32,000 nt of DNA from an uncultured Chloroflexia bacterium (GCA_963718915.1 CAVRAI010000004.1:930001-962000); one strand, 5' to 3'. Counted from the first letter of the stretch, positions 1-8,308 are shown. Translations and numbers: made by a program. Notes: generated by a model not told the origin, from the letters alone.

Positions 1-312
1 AATGCCGAGGAGATCGCTACCTTCCTGAGTGGCGCGAATCCGAATTGGCCCAAGAGTGATGTGGTTGACCTGCTTGGTGTACACCTCAAGCTGACAAAAG
101 ACGAAGCAGTAGCACGCCTGACTGGAAATTGGGACGACGATGTGGTGGCCTTCGACGACATCTTCACCGAAATTATGACGGTATCGGATACGCTGGCTGA
201 CGGGATCGTGAAGCAGTTCCCCGAGCGCTTCGTCACCGTCGCAATACCTGCAACCGCAACAGCGGCGCCGGAGCGTCGGGGACTTGCCCGCATGTTTGGT
301 CGGGGACGGTGA
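1..312 (+). CDS. conserved hypothetical protein, C-terminal fragment (5' end outside window)
   Basis: Frame +1 is open from base 1 (NAEEIATFLSGANPNWPKSD...) and runs into the listed 61..312 ORF. The TGA at 310-312 overlaps the GTG of the next ORF (GTGA). Family not recognised. Confidence 0.5.
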   Translation, partial: NAEEIATFLSGANPNWPKSDVVDLLGVHLKLTKDEAVARLTGNWDDDVVAFDDIFTEIMTVSDTLADGIVKQFPERFVTVAIPATATAAPERRGLARMFGRGR

Positions 313-842
313 TCGCAATGCTCGCTATCGGTCAACGTGCGAGCGCCTTTCGGGACTTGCCAGGGGTTGATGGCGAGCGTTATTCGCTCGCCAGTTTCTT
401 GCGCTGGCGGGTGCTTATCGTTGCGTTCATCTGCACAGGATGTCCCACCGTCAAAGCTAATGAGGAGCGTCTTATCGCGCTCCAGGAGAAATACCACCAA
501 GCGGGAGTGCGGTTGGTCGCTGTCAACTCGAACAATCCGTATCTGTCTCCGCCTGATACGTTCGAGGAGATGTCGTATCGGGCACGCGAGAAAGGCTTCA
601 ACTTTCCCTATCTCAAAGATGCTGATGGCACCGTTGCCGAGCAGTTCGGCGCCATCAGCACGCCACATGTTTTCGTGCTTGACGCATCACGCCGCCTGGT
701 CTACAAAGGGCGAATCGACGATACGCGCGATCCATCGCGGGCAACCCGCAGCGATCTGGAGAACGCCCTGCACGATATGTTCGCTGGATTACCTATAACC
801 GTCCCGGAAACCCAGCCCTTCGGCTGCGCTATTGTGCATTAG
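309..842 (+). CDS. thioredoxin-fold (redoxin/AhpC-TSA-like) protein
   Basis: 177-aa ORF with a CxxC motif (FICTGCPTV) and VAVNSNNP...FNFPYLKDADGTVAEQFGAISTPHVFVLD, typical of thioredoxin-like family proteins. Start is GTG 309 or ATG 318. Confidence 0.8.
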   Translation: MIAMLAIGQRASAFRDLPGVDGERYSLASFLRWRVLIVAFICTGCPTVKANEERLIALQEKYHQAGVRLVAVNSNNPYLSPPDTFEEMSYRAREKGFNFPYLKDADGTVAEQFGAISTPHVFVLDASRRLVYKGRIDDTRDPSRATRSDLENALHDMFAGLPITVPETQPFGCAIVH

Positions 843-885
843 CGAGGAAAGCTGGACACCCGAAGCTACGCATTTGTGTCGTCAT

Positions 886-901
886 CCCTGGCGTGCCAGG
901 G
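886..901. repeat. perfect 16-bp palindrome CCCTGGC-GT-GCCAGGG in the intergenic gap (function unknown)
   Basis: Read directly: ccctggcgtgccaggg, arms 7+7 with a 2-nt centre, between the stop at 842 and the start at 967. Confidence 0.7.
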
Positions 902-966
902 AGCGCATGCTCCCGGTGCGCCGCCTGCTGCTGGTCTCGTGGCTTTGAGTCAACGAGGGAACTCGA

Positions 967-1764
967 ATGTCAACTGATCTCCATGCGCCACCCCCGCAAC
1001 ACATACGTATGCGTCTCGGCTGGCCGTGGCTGCTCGTCGGAGCCGCCTGGACTACCGCGATCATCGCCACGCTGTCGGGGTGGCGCATTCTCATCGACCA
1101 TCACTATTTGCTGGAGGAAAGCGGGCTGCCCTGGGCGATAGCCGCCGTGGTGTTTCTTGCCAGTTGGCAGGTGATGCTTGTAGCTATGATGGCGCCATCA
1201 GGCGTGCTTATTATGCCTGGAATCCCTGCCGACTGGAGCAAGCGTACCCATCCAAACCGGACGCTTGCACTCTTCTTTGCAGGATATGCCAGCGCGTGGA
1301 CAGTCTTTGGCCTGCTGGCATTCACTGATGACACGCTGATACACCGCCTGGTGGATGTGTGGCCCTGGCTTGCGATGCATAGTTTTGTGATCGGCGCGGT
1401 GACATTCGCGGTAGCGGGTGTATACCAATTCACTCCCTGGAAAGCCGCTTGCCTTGCGCGTTGCCAGGCGCTCCATGATTCATTCAAGGATAACGTGGGG
1501 ATGCGCCTTGCTTTCCGGCAGGGTATGCGCCATGGAGTGACATCGGTCGGCTGTTGCTGGGCGCTGATGCTGGTGATGTTTGGCATCGGCGTGGGGGATC
1601 TTGGCTGGATGGTGGCGCTTACAGTCATTATGGCCAGCGAGTCTTCGACAGCCGACAAACGGCGCAGCCGATATGTCCGACAGGTCATAGGCATTGCGTT
1701 GCTCCTGCTGGCTGCACTCTGGCTGGCGCATCCTGCCTGGTTCGTCCCGGCTGCGGCATCCTAG
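967..1764 (+). CDS. DUF2182-family multi-pass membrane protein (predicted metal-binding)
   Basis: 265-aa ORF with GAGGGA 6 nt upstream of ATG 967. Several hydrophobic segments and the MLVAMMAPS motif characteristic of DUF2182. Confidence 0.7.
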   Translation: MSTDLHAPPPQHIRMRLGWPWLLVGAAWTTAIIATLSGWRILIDHHYLLEESGLPWAIAAVVFLASWQVMLVAMMAPSGVLIMPGIPADWSKRTHPNRTLALFFAGYASAWTVFGLLAFTDDTLIHRLVDVWPWLAMHSFVIGAVTFAVAGVYQFTPWKAACLARCQALHDSFKDNVGMRLAFRQGMRHGVTSVGCCWALMLVMFGIGVGDLGWMVALTVIMASESSTADKRRSRYVRQVIGIALLLLAALWLAHPAWFVPAAAS

Positions 1765-1790
1765 ACTAGATGCGCTGATTGATGTTGCGA

Positions 1791-2261
1791 TCAGCCTGCT
1801 GCCGCCAGATCGGCAACCCTGGCGCCAGTGATGCGCTGTAGTTCATCGGGTGCGATGGGAAAGACGGCGTTGGGTGTTCCAGCCGCTGCCCAGACAAGCT
1901 CATATTGGAGCAAGTCGCGGTCGAGGTAGGTTGGCAGTTGAGTCGCGTGGCCTACTGGAGGCACTCCACCGATAGAGAATCCAGTTGCCTCGCGGACGAT
2001 GTCTGCGGTGGCGCGTTTGATTGGTCCACCAGCGACTGTCGCCAGCTTTTCTGTATCGACACGGTTCGTGCCCGAGACCAGCGCCAGCACAGGCTGCTCT
2101 CCTGCGAGAAATACCAGCGACTTGACGATCTGGCCAAGTGTGCTATTCACAGCCTCCGCTGCCTCCGAGGCCGTGCGCGTACTCTCCGTGAACTCGGTAA
2201 TCTCTACCTGGATGCCTAACTGCTCAAGAGCGTCCGCGACGCGTTGTACTGATGCCTTCAT
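1791..2261 (-). CDS. YbaK/EbsC-type aminoacyl-tRNA deacylase
   Basis: 156 aa. GQIVKSLVFLAGEQPVLALVSGTNRVDTEKLA and GFSIGGVPPVGH match the YbaK/ProX trans-editing domain. GGAG lies upstream of ATG 2261, 7 nt after the upstream gene's stop. Confidence 0.85.
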   Translation of the reverse strand: MKASVQRVADALEQLGIQVEITEFTESTRTASEAAEAVNSTLGQIVKSLVFLAGEQPVLALVSGTNRVDTEKLATVAGGPIKRATADIVREATGFSIGGVPPVGHATQLPTYLDRDLLQYELVWAAAGTPNAVFPIAPDELQRITGARVADLAAAG

Positions 2262-2268
2262 GTATTGT

Positions 2269-3150
2269 TTACTCCGCTATATCTTTGACGAACACCAGGG
2301 GTGCGCCGCCTGTCACGGCTGCTGAAATCATCAGGCCGTCCTCCCATGGTGCGCAGCGAACGCCACTCTGCCTGAGATAGTTGTGTGTGACAGCGAGGTC
2401 GGTGACAGCCACGGACACGCAGCAAACGCCCTCTCCAGCGCTCATCAGCCGATCATGCACGATTCCAGCGCCAAGCGGCTCCGCCAGCATGATGCGCTCG
2501 CCAGCAGCTTGCAATGGCAGCGCGCACGCGTTTGCGGCGAGTACTGGCACGGTCATTGCCGGTTTCTTTGCAAGTAACCCATAATCGTTTGCGAAGATAT
2601 CCTCTGTCGTTGAGAGACTCGCGACTGCCACAATCACCGATTGCAGGCGTTGCGCACCGTTTGGATGAGGCTCGACGGAGTCCGCGCCCGCCAGCTCCTG
2701 CTGGTGTTGTGCGCCGCTGCTGTCGTGTTGAATCAGAAATGGCATTGGCTCGGCGGCGCTGAAGAGATCGTCGCCGCCCACTGTTAACGTCTGCCACGAG
2801 CGCGCATTTCCATTTGGCGCGACGAGCCTGCCTGGCTGCGGCCCGCGTATGTCAGCTCCGCGCGCCCGCATTGCGTCGGCTTCCGCGACGATATCGGCTG
2901 ATTGAAGCGCAAAGCCAATCCAGCCTGGCGCCGCCGCGATCCGTTCCCGCACTGCTGGCGAGACGACCTGCTCGTCGGCAATCGCCAGGAGCTCGATATA
3001 TCCCTGGTCAAGCAGAATGATACGATTGCGTGTGCCAAGGTGGGGGTGCCGTCCGCCACCGACGACGTTGAATCCCAGCCGAGTAAATGCCGCCTCGAGT
3101 TGCGTCAGATCGCGCCCCGCGACGATGACATGGTCAATGCGCACCGGCAT
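2269..3150 (-). CDS. VOC (glyoxalase-like) family protein, two-domain
   Basis: 293 aa with AGGAGG 6 nt upstream of ATG 3150. The N-terminus MPVRIDHVIVAGRDLTQLEAAFTRLGF...GGGRHPHLGTRNRIILLDQGYIELLAI is typical of glyoxalase-like domain proteins. Confidence 0.7.
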   Translation of the reverse strand: MPVRIDHVIVAGRDLTQLEAAFTRLGFNVVGGGRHPHLGTRNRIILLDQGYIELLAIADEQVVSPAVRERIAAAPGWIGFALQSADIVAEADAMRARGADIRGPQPGRLVAPNGNARSWQTLTVGGDDLFSAAEPMPFLIQHDSSGAQHQQELAGADSVEPHPNGAQRLQSVIVAVASLSTTEDIFANDYGLLAKKPAMTVPVLAANACALPLQAAGERIMLAEPLGAGIVHDRLMSAGEGVCCVSVAVTDLAVTHNYLRQSGVRCAPWEDGLMISAAVTGGAPLVFVKDIAE

Positions 3151-3186
3151 ATTGCGCCTCCTACATCGAATGGCAGTGATAGCAAG

Positions 3187-3765
3187 TCAGGCGGGTGTCC
3201 CCTCCAGCCCAAGCTCGTCAGCCGCGCCATCCATCGCCGCGATGACAAACGCGATATGTTCATTGAGGTCCACGCCCAGTTCTTCAGCGCCCTTGACGAT
3301 GTCGTCGCGATTGACGCCACGTGCGAATGCCTTATCCTTCATTTTCTTGCGAACTGATGAGACTTCCAGCCCATGGATGCTCTTGTTGGGACGTACCAGC
3401 ACTGTCGCGGTAATCAGACCAGTGAGTTCATCGCAGGCAAAAAGCGCTCGTGACATCAGATCATCGCGCGGCACGCCATGATAGGCATTATGGGCGACAA
3501 CAGCATGCACGACGTGGTCTGGATAATCCTCATCCTTAAGCCAGTCCGCGCCGACTTTACCATGTTCTTCGATAGTAGGGTGCTTCTCATAGTCGACGTC
3601 ATGGAGCAATCCAGTCACGCGCCATGTCAGCTCATCTTCGCCATATTTGCGCGCGTAGGCCGCCATTGCCGCCGCCACTGCCATGCCATGTTTGACGAGA
3701 CTCTCATTTTCATTGTGCGCGCGTAACAACGCCAGCGCCTCATCGTAGTTTAGTTCCCTCGCCAT
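3187..3765 (-). CDS. HD/HDIG-domain phosphohydrolase
   Basis: 192 aa with an HD motif in GLLHDVDYEKHP plus downstream His residues (VVHAVVAHNAYH). GAGGAG RBS sits inside the 3' end of the upstream gene. Confidence 0.8.
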   Translation of the reverse strand: MARELNYDEALALLRAHNENESLVKHGMAVAAAMAAYARKYGEDELTWRVTGLLHDVDYEKHPTIEEHGKVGADWLKDEDYPDHVVHAVVAHNAYHGVPRDDLMSRALFACDELTGLITATVLVRPNKSIHGLEVSSVRKKMKDKAFARGVNRDDIVKGAEELGVDLNEHIAFVIAAMDGAADELGLEGTPA

Positions 3766-3771
3766 CTTGCA

Positions 3772-4854
3772 TTACTCCTCATCCTTTGCGCTGACGTTAC
3801 GGGCATTGCGCGCGCGAATTGGCTGTGTCGGTAGCTTCGCCGAGGCGCGGATGCGAACCCCGAGGCCCGGACGGTCGGGCAATACCAGCTTGCCATGCTC
3901 GACGCCCACGCCCTCAAACGGATCGTTGGAAATCAGCAGCGCGCCGTCAAGATCCGCGTAGTCTACCAGTGGGCTAATCTGGGCGGCGGCGGTAATCGCC
4001 ACCGAGCTTTCAATCATACAGCCCAACATCACCTGCAAGTGATGCGCGCGTGCCGTTGCGATCATCTTAAGCGCCTGTGAGATGCCACCGCACTTCATCA
4101 GTTTGATATTGATGCCATCCACTACGCCTGCCATTCTAGGGACATCTTCCAGCGTGACGCAGCTTTCATCCGCGAAAATCGGCAGATTAGTATGCTCGCG
4201 CACCAACCGCAATCCTTCGATGTCGCTAGCGGCGACTGGCTGCTCCACGAACTCAATGCCAAAGGCCTCCAGCGCATTGATTGTCTTGATAGCCTGCTTT
4301 GGTGTCCAAGCTTCGTTGGCGTCCACCCGCAGTCGCGCATCGGTCGCGTCGCGAATCGCGCGGACAATCTCCAGGTCGTCCGGCGTGCCTACCTTGATCT
4401 TGAGCACGGGGAACCGCGCGGCCTTCTGTGCCTTGCGCGCCATCTCAGAAGGAGTATCGAGTCCGATGGTGAATGAGGTCACTGGCGTCCGCTCTGGATT
4501 CAGCCCAAGCAGTTGATATACAGGCACACCTAGGCGCTGTCCCATGAGATCGTAGAGCGCCATATCGACCGCTGCTCGCGCCGCCGCATTGCCATGCATC
4601 ACCCGCTTGAGGTCGGCGGAAATATCCTCGATCAGCGTGGCGTCGTCGCCGAGATGCTCGGCAAAGTAAGATAGCGCTACCAGGACGCTTTCGCATTTCT
4701 CGCCGTAGTATCCGCTGGGCGCCGCCTCGCCAATGCCGGTAAGCCCATCGTCCTCGATATGGGCCAGCACGTTGTGTGCAACGGTCTGAACGCTGCGAGA
4801 GATGCGAAAGGGGACACTCAGATTCAGATCGAGCGCCTGCGCCGTCAATTCCAT
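3772..4854 (-). CDS. enolase-superfamily epimerase/racemase (dipeptide epimerase or N-acetyl-D-Glu racemase DgcA-like)
   Basis: 360 aa with MLE-subgroup signatures: KxK in VLKIKVG, metal-ligand regions RVDANEAW / VEQP / FADES, and a second catalytic Lys in NIKLMKCGG. Subfamily is not resolvable by eye. Confidence 0.85.
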   Translation of the reverse strand: MELTAQALDLNLSVPFRISRSVQTVAHNVLAHIEDDGLTGIGEAAPSGYYGEKCESVLVALSYFAEHLGDDATLIEDISADLKRVMHGNAAARAAVDMALYDLMGQRLGVPVYQLLGLNPERTPVTSFTIGLDTPSEMARKAQKAARFPVLKIKVGTPDDLEIVRAIRDATDARLRVDANEAWTPKQAIKTINALEAFGIEFVEQPVAASDIEGLRLVREHTNLPIFADESCVTLEDVPRMAGVVDGINIKLMKCGGISQALKMIATARAHHLQVMLGCMIESSVAITAAAQISPLVDYADLDGALLISNDPFEGVGVEHGKLVLPDRPGLGVRIRASAKLPTQPIRARNARNVSAKDEE

Positions 4855-4918
4855 GTCAACGCCCTTCCTGATATGGATAGTTCATTCAGCCGAGGAGACT
4901 GTTTGATAGCCAGTTTGT

Positions 4919-5965
4919 CTACGCCTGCGCGAGTAGTGCGTCTAGCAGCAGATCCGCCCCGAACCGCACCGGATCGGTCACTGGTAGGCCCGTCTCTCGC
5001 GCGGTGACCTCAATAGCTGCCTTCGCCGCCTCTTCATCTAATTGGGCGGTATTGAGCGCGATGGCAACTACTGGTGCGGGTTTGAGCCAGGCCGCTGCTG
5101 TCTCATTAATCTCCCGTACAACCGATAATGGCGGAATCGCGACATCGTAGCCGTGAATGTGCGTGCGCCCCGCCTCATGACAAAGGATCAGGTAGTCTGG
5201 CGCCGCGCCGTGCAGCAGGCCGAGCGTCACCGCTGAATATGCTGGGTGGCCGAGCGACCCCTGTCCCTCGACGAATACCCAGTCGTAGCGTTCGGCGAAA
5301 TCGAGCACCATTGCCTCGACGCCACCAGAAACGAAGTCGCTGATGAAGCGGTCAACCGGAATGCCGCTCCCGGAGATCATGACGCCTGTCTGGCCTGTGG
5401 CCGCGAAGACCGATGAGATGCCGCGCCGTTGGGCTGCGCGGTCAAGTTCGATACAGGCGGTCATCTTACCAACGTTGCAGTCGCTGCCGCAGAACGAGAC
5501 AACATGACTGCCCGGCCGGTGTGGCGCGCCTTCACGGATGCGCATGGCAAGTGATTCCGGCGGTCGACGCACATCCCAGATGCGCCCGTGATGCTTCAGA
5601 GCGGCAGTTGCCAGTTCATGGTCATCGCCAAGAAACTGGTGCAGCCCGCTCACGACCTCCAAACCGCGCTGAAGCGCCGCCAATACCTCAGAGCGCCAGG
5701 CGTCGGGCAATCGTCCGCCGATGGGCGCGATGCCAATCAACAAGGTGTCGGGATGATATGGCAATGTCGCGGCGAAGTTGGCGACGATGGGCACGCCGCG
5801 CCCCGGCCCATTGGGATCACCCAGAGCGACAGCGGCATCCTGGCCCGCGCGTGTGCTGTCGATCACCGCCACGACGGTATCGTTGCTGTAGCGCAACACA
5901 CCAACCGCCGTCTTCGCGCCCTGTCGGTCAAAGCGGCCCTCGGCCAGAATCGCAATGCGCCGCAT
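4919..5965 (-). CDS. DUF1611 family protein (N-acetyltransferase DgcN-like)
   Basis: The ORF runs to 5986. I prefer ATG 5965 (AGGA 7 nt upstream; MRRIAILAEGRF...). The P-loop-like GSDCNVGKMT and overall layout are typical of DUF1611. Confidence 0.75.
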   Translation of the reverse strand: MRRIAILAEGRFDRQGAKTAVGVLRYSNDTVVAVIDSTRAGQDAAVALGDPNGPGRGVPIVANFAATLPYHPDTLLIGIAPIGGRLPDAWRSEVLAALQRGLEVVSGLHQFLGDDHELATAALKHHGRIWDVRRPPESLAMRIREGAPHRPGSHVVSFCGSDCNVGKMTACIELDRAAQRRGISSVFAATGQTGVMISGSGIPVDRFISDFVSGGVEAMVLDFAERYDWVFVEGQGSLGHPAYSAVTLGLLHGAAPDYLILCHEAGRTHIHGYDVAIPPLSVVREINETAAAWLKPAPVVAIALNTAQLDEEAAKAAIEVTARETGLPVTDPVRFGADLLLDALLAQA

Positions 5966-5992
5966 AAAGCCGTCCTTTCCCAACATGTCCTG

Positions 5993-7732
5993 TTATTTCA
6001 TGCTGCCGCTATCTTCGGGCATGACGGGCGGATCGAACTTGGCAAAGAGTGGTGTCGGCACAGGCAGCGCCTGATCGACGGGTACCTCTTCAGCGTCCCA
6101 GGCACAGGTCTCTACCTTGCCAGAAAAGCCAAGCAGTTCGTGCAGTTTCTGGGACGAGAATGGCACATACGGCGCGAAGAGCACCTTCAACCCGTTGAGC
6201 ACCTGAATCATCGTGTACACGGTGGTGGCGGCGCCCTCACGATCAGTTTTGATGCGCTTCCATGGCGCCTGCTCGTCAAGGTAGCGGTTTGCCGCGCGTG
6301 CTACTGCCATTGCCTCATTCAGCCCATCGCGCAGATGTACCAACTCGATAGCCTCTGCCGCCGCGACCAGCCCCCGCCGCATCGTCGCCAGCATCGTCTC
6401 GTCGGCCTCGCTCAGCGTGCCTGGTTGGGGCACTCTGCCATCGAAGTTGCGGTGGGCGAAGGTCAGCAGGCGGTGGACGGCGTTGCCGTAGGTGGCTACC
6501 AGTTCGTCATTGTTGCGGCGTACCAGTTCGTCATAGGTGAAATCGGTGTCGTGATTCTCCGGCATCGTGCTGGCGAGGTAGTAGCGAACTGGATCAGGGC
6601 CGTACTGATCCATCACGTCTTTGGTCCAGATGACGTTGCCGCGGCTGCTCGACGCTTTGAACCCTCCCATCGTCATGAACTCGTTCGCGGGCACGTCATA
6701 CGGCAGCGCCAGCCCGCCGAATCCCAGCAGCATTGCGGGCCAGATGATTGTGTGGAAGGGAATGTTATCTTTGCCGATGAAATAGTACGAGCGCGAAGGC
6801 GCTGTCCCGTCCGGCAAAATCTCCCAGAAGCGTTTCCAGGCGTCTGGTTGGCCTTCCAGCGCTGCCCACTCGATGCTGGCGGAGAAGTAGCCAATGACGG
6901 CGTCGAACCAGACATAGATGCGCTTGTCATCGTAGCCAGGTAGTGGAACCGGTACACCCCAATCGAGGTCGCGAGTGATAGCCCGTGGTCGCAGCCCCTC
7001 GCGAATCCAGTTCATCGCGAAGTTGACGACATTCGGACGCCAGCGCGGCTGGTTCTCTTCCAGCCAGGCTTGCAGCTGCGGCTCGAACTTGGGCAGGTCG
7101 AGAAAGAAGTGTTCAGTAGAGCGAATCTCAATAGCGCTGGTGGCGCTGCCACAGAGGCGGCACTTTGGGTTGATCAACTGTTCGGGATCGAGCGTCCGCC
7201 CGCAATTATCGCACTGGTCACCCCGCGCATCGGCGAAGCCACAGTAGGGACATGTGCCGTTGATGTAGCGGTCAGGTAGAAAGCGCTGATCCGTCGGGCA
7301 GTACGGCGAGTTCATCGAATCTTTGTAGATGAAGCCTTTTTCCAGCAACCGCAAAAAGAAGTCCTGTGTGACACGGTAGTGGTTCTCGGTGGTTGTCTCG
7401 GTATAAAGATCCCACGAGATGCCGAGCCGTCGCCAGATATCGAGGATCTGCGCGTGATGGCGGGCGACGAATTCGCGTGGTGAGACGCCTTCGCGGTCGG
7501 CATCCACGACAATCGGTGTGCCATGCTCGTCGCTGCCAGAGACCATGAGGACGTCTTTTCCGCGCAGTCGGGAGTAGCGGGCAAAAATATCGCCGGGCAG
7601 GATCGAACCGACGATCTGACCGACGTGGGTGCTGGTTTTCGCGTAGGGCCATGCGATGCAGACAAGCACACGCTCTGACCCGGGAACGGTTGACGCACTA
7701 GACATGCGGGGTAGTACCTCTTTCGCAACCAT
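5993..7732 (-). CDS. metG: methionine--tRNA ligase
   Basis: 579 aa. It carries the WPYAKTSTHVGQ (HIGH-region) motif, Zn knuckles CPYCG...CDNCG...CRLCG, a KMSKS-equivalent loop FKASSSRG and an anticodon-binding helical C-terminus. Alternative start is ATG 7705 (AAGAGG upstream). Confidence 0.95.
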   Translation of the reverse strand: MVAKEVLPRMSSASTVPGSERVLVCIAWPYAKTSTHVGQIVGSILPGDIFARYSRLRGKDVLMVSGSDEHGTPIVVDADREGVSPREFVARHHAQILDIWRRLGISWDLYTETTTENHYRVTQDFFLRLLEKGFIYKDSMNSPYCPTDQRFLPDRYINGTCPYCGFADARGDQCDNCGRTLDPEQLINPKCRLCGSATSAIEIRSTEHFFLDLPKFEPQLQAWLEENQPRWRPNVVNFAMNWIREGLRPRAITRDLDWGVPVPLPGYDDKRIYVWFDAVIGYFSASIEWAALEGQPDAWKRFWEILPDGTAPSRSYYFIGKDNIPFHTIIWPAMLLGFGGLALPYDVPANEFMTMGGFKASSSRGNVIWTKDVMDQYGPDPVRYYLASTMPENHDTDFTYDELVRRNNDELVATYGNAVHRLLTFAHRNFDGRVPQPGTLSEADETMLATMRRGLVAAAEAIELVHLRDGLNEAMAVARAANRYLDEQAPWKRIKTDREGAATTVYTMIQVLNGLKVLFAPYVPFSSQKLHELLGFSGKVETCAWDAEEVPVDQALPVPTPLFAKFDPPVMPEDSGSMK

Positions 7733-7744
7733 ACGACGCTGGCA

Positions 7745-7753
7745 ATTATAGCA
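7745..7753 (-). promoter_or_regulatory. extended -10 promoter element TGcTATAAT upstream of metG
   Basis: The minus strand reads ...cctgTGcTATAATtgcc. There is no good -35. The predicted TSS is near 7738, which favours ATG 7705 or a near-leaderless 7732. Confidence 0.35.
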
Positions 7754-7851
7754 CAGGAGGCGTTAAATGCGGCTATTTCACCAGACCGGAAGACCATGAA
7801 CCGTTAGGACTATTGTAGGACTGCAGATGCTGTGGGAATGGTGTACAATGA

Positions 7852-7880
7852 TTGACGGCGTGGGCAATGTGCTGTTATAT
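7852..7880 (+). promoter_or_regulatory. sigma-70-like promoter (TTGACG-17-TTATAT) for the small ORF
   Basis: TTGACG at 7852-7857, a 17-nt spacer, then TTATAT at 7875-7880, about 20-45 nt upstream of the candidate starts. Confidence 0.35.
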
Positions 7881-7900
7881 ATCGCCCCTCGCACGAAATT

Positions 7901-8152
7901 ATGATCGTCGAGGAAAGAGAACCAATGCGTCATTACGAGAATGTTCGGACAGGTGCGGAGGTGGTTCTGGGAAAGACGGGCGCAGGCTTCTATGTTGAAG
8001 CTCGCCATCCCGATTTTCAGCTTCCATTCCGCAAAACGTACGAGTGGCATCAGTACGCTCTTGCATCCCGGGATTTCGATTTATTGAGTGCGGTAACCGG
8101 CGCCGTGCGCGAGGAGCGCACGCAAGAGCATTCAGAAGCGCTGGCAGGCTAG
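7901..8152 (+). CDS. small hypothetical protein
   Basis: 83-aa ORF in an otherwise empty gap. The internal ATG 7925 has GAGGAAAGAG just upstream and may be the real start. No family recognised. Confidence 0.4.
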   Translation: MIVEEREPMRHYENVRTGAEVVLGKTGAGFYVEARHPDFQLPFRKTYEWHQYALASRDFDLLSAVTGAVREERTQEHSEALAG

Positions 8153-8253
8153 CGCAAACCGTCAGGTATACAGCGTGGTATACCGTTCCCGCCATGTCGC
8201 GGACTGCTCTCATTAATTTTCATCACATCGCTGAGCTGTTATCAGCTAGGATA

Positions 8254-8282
8254 AAGCCCGTCGGCATATTACCGACGGGCTT
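8254..8282 (-). terminator. hairpin terminator downstream of the E2 gene
   Basis: GCCCGTCGG (8256-8264) pairs with CCGACGGGC (8272-8280) around a 7-nt loop. On the minus strand it is followed by TTTATCC, a weak U tract. Confidence 0.5.
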
Positions 8283-8308
8283 CACATATCGTCAAATATA
8301 TTTGCCGC

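Noticed and set aside
1104-1694. 196-aa minus-strand ORF, and similar antisense ORFs (e.g. 19581..20126, 20241..20828, 9114..9629, 15324..15785, 29823..30347)
   Set aside because: All are nested antisense or out of frame within strongly supported genes. They lack RBSs and recognisable motifs. They are shadow ORFs of GC-rich coding DNA.
5588-6943. 451-aa plus-strand ORF, the longest unassigned ORF in the track
   Set aside because: It lies entirely antisense to metG and the DUF1611 gene, whose products have clear family signatures. Its sequence is Arg/Ala/Gly/His-rich with no motifs. This is a typical high-GC shadow ORF.
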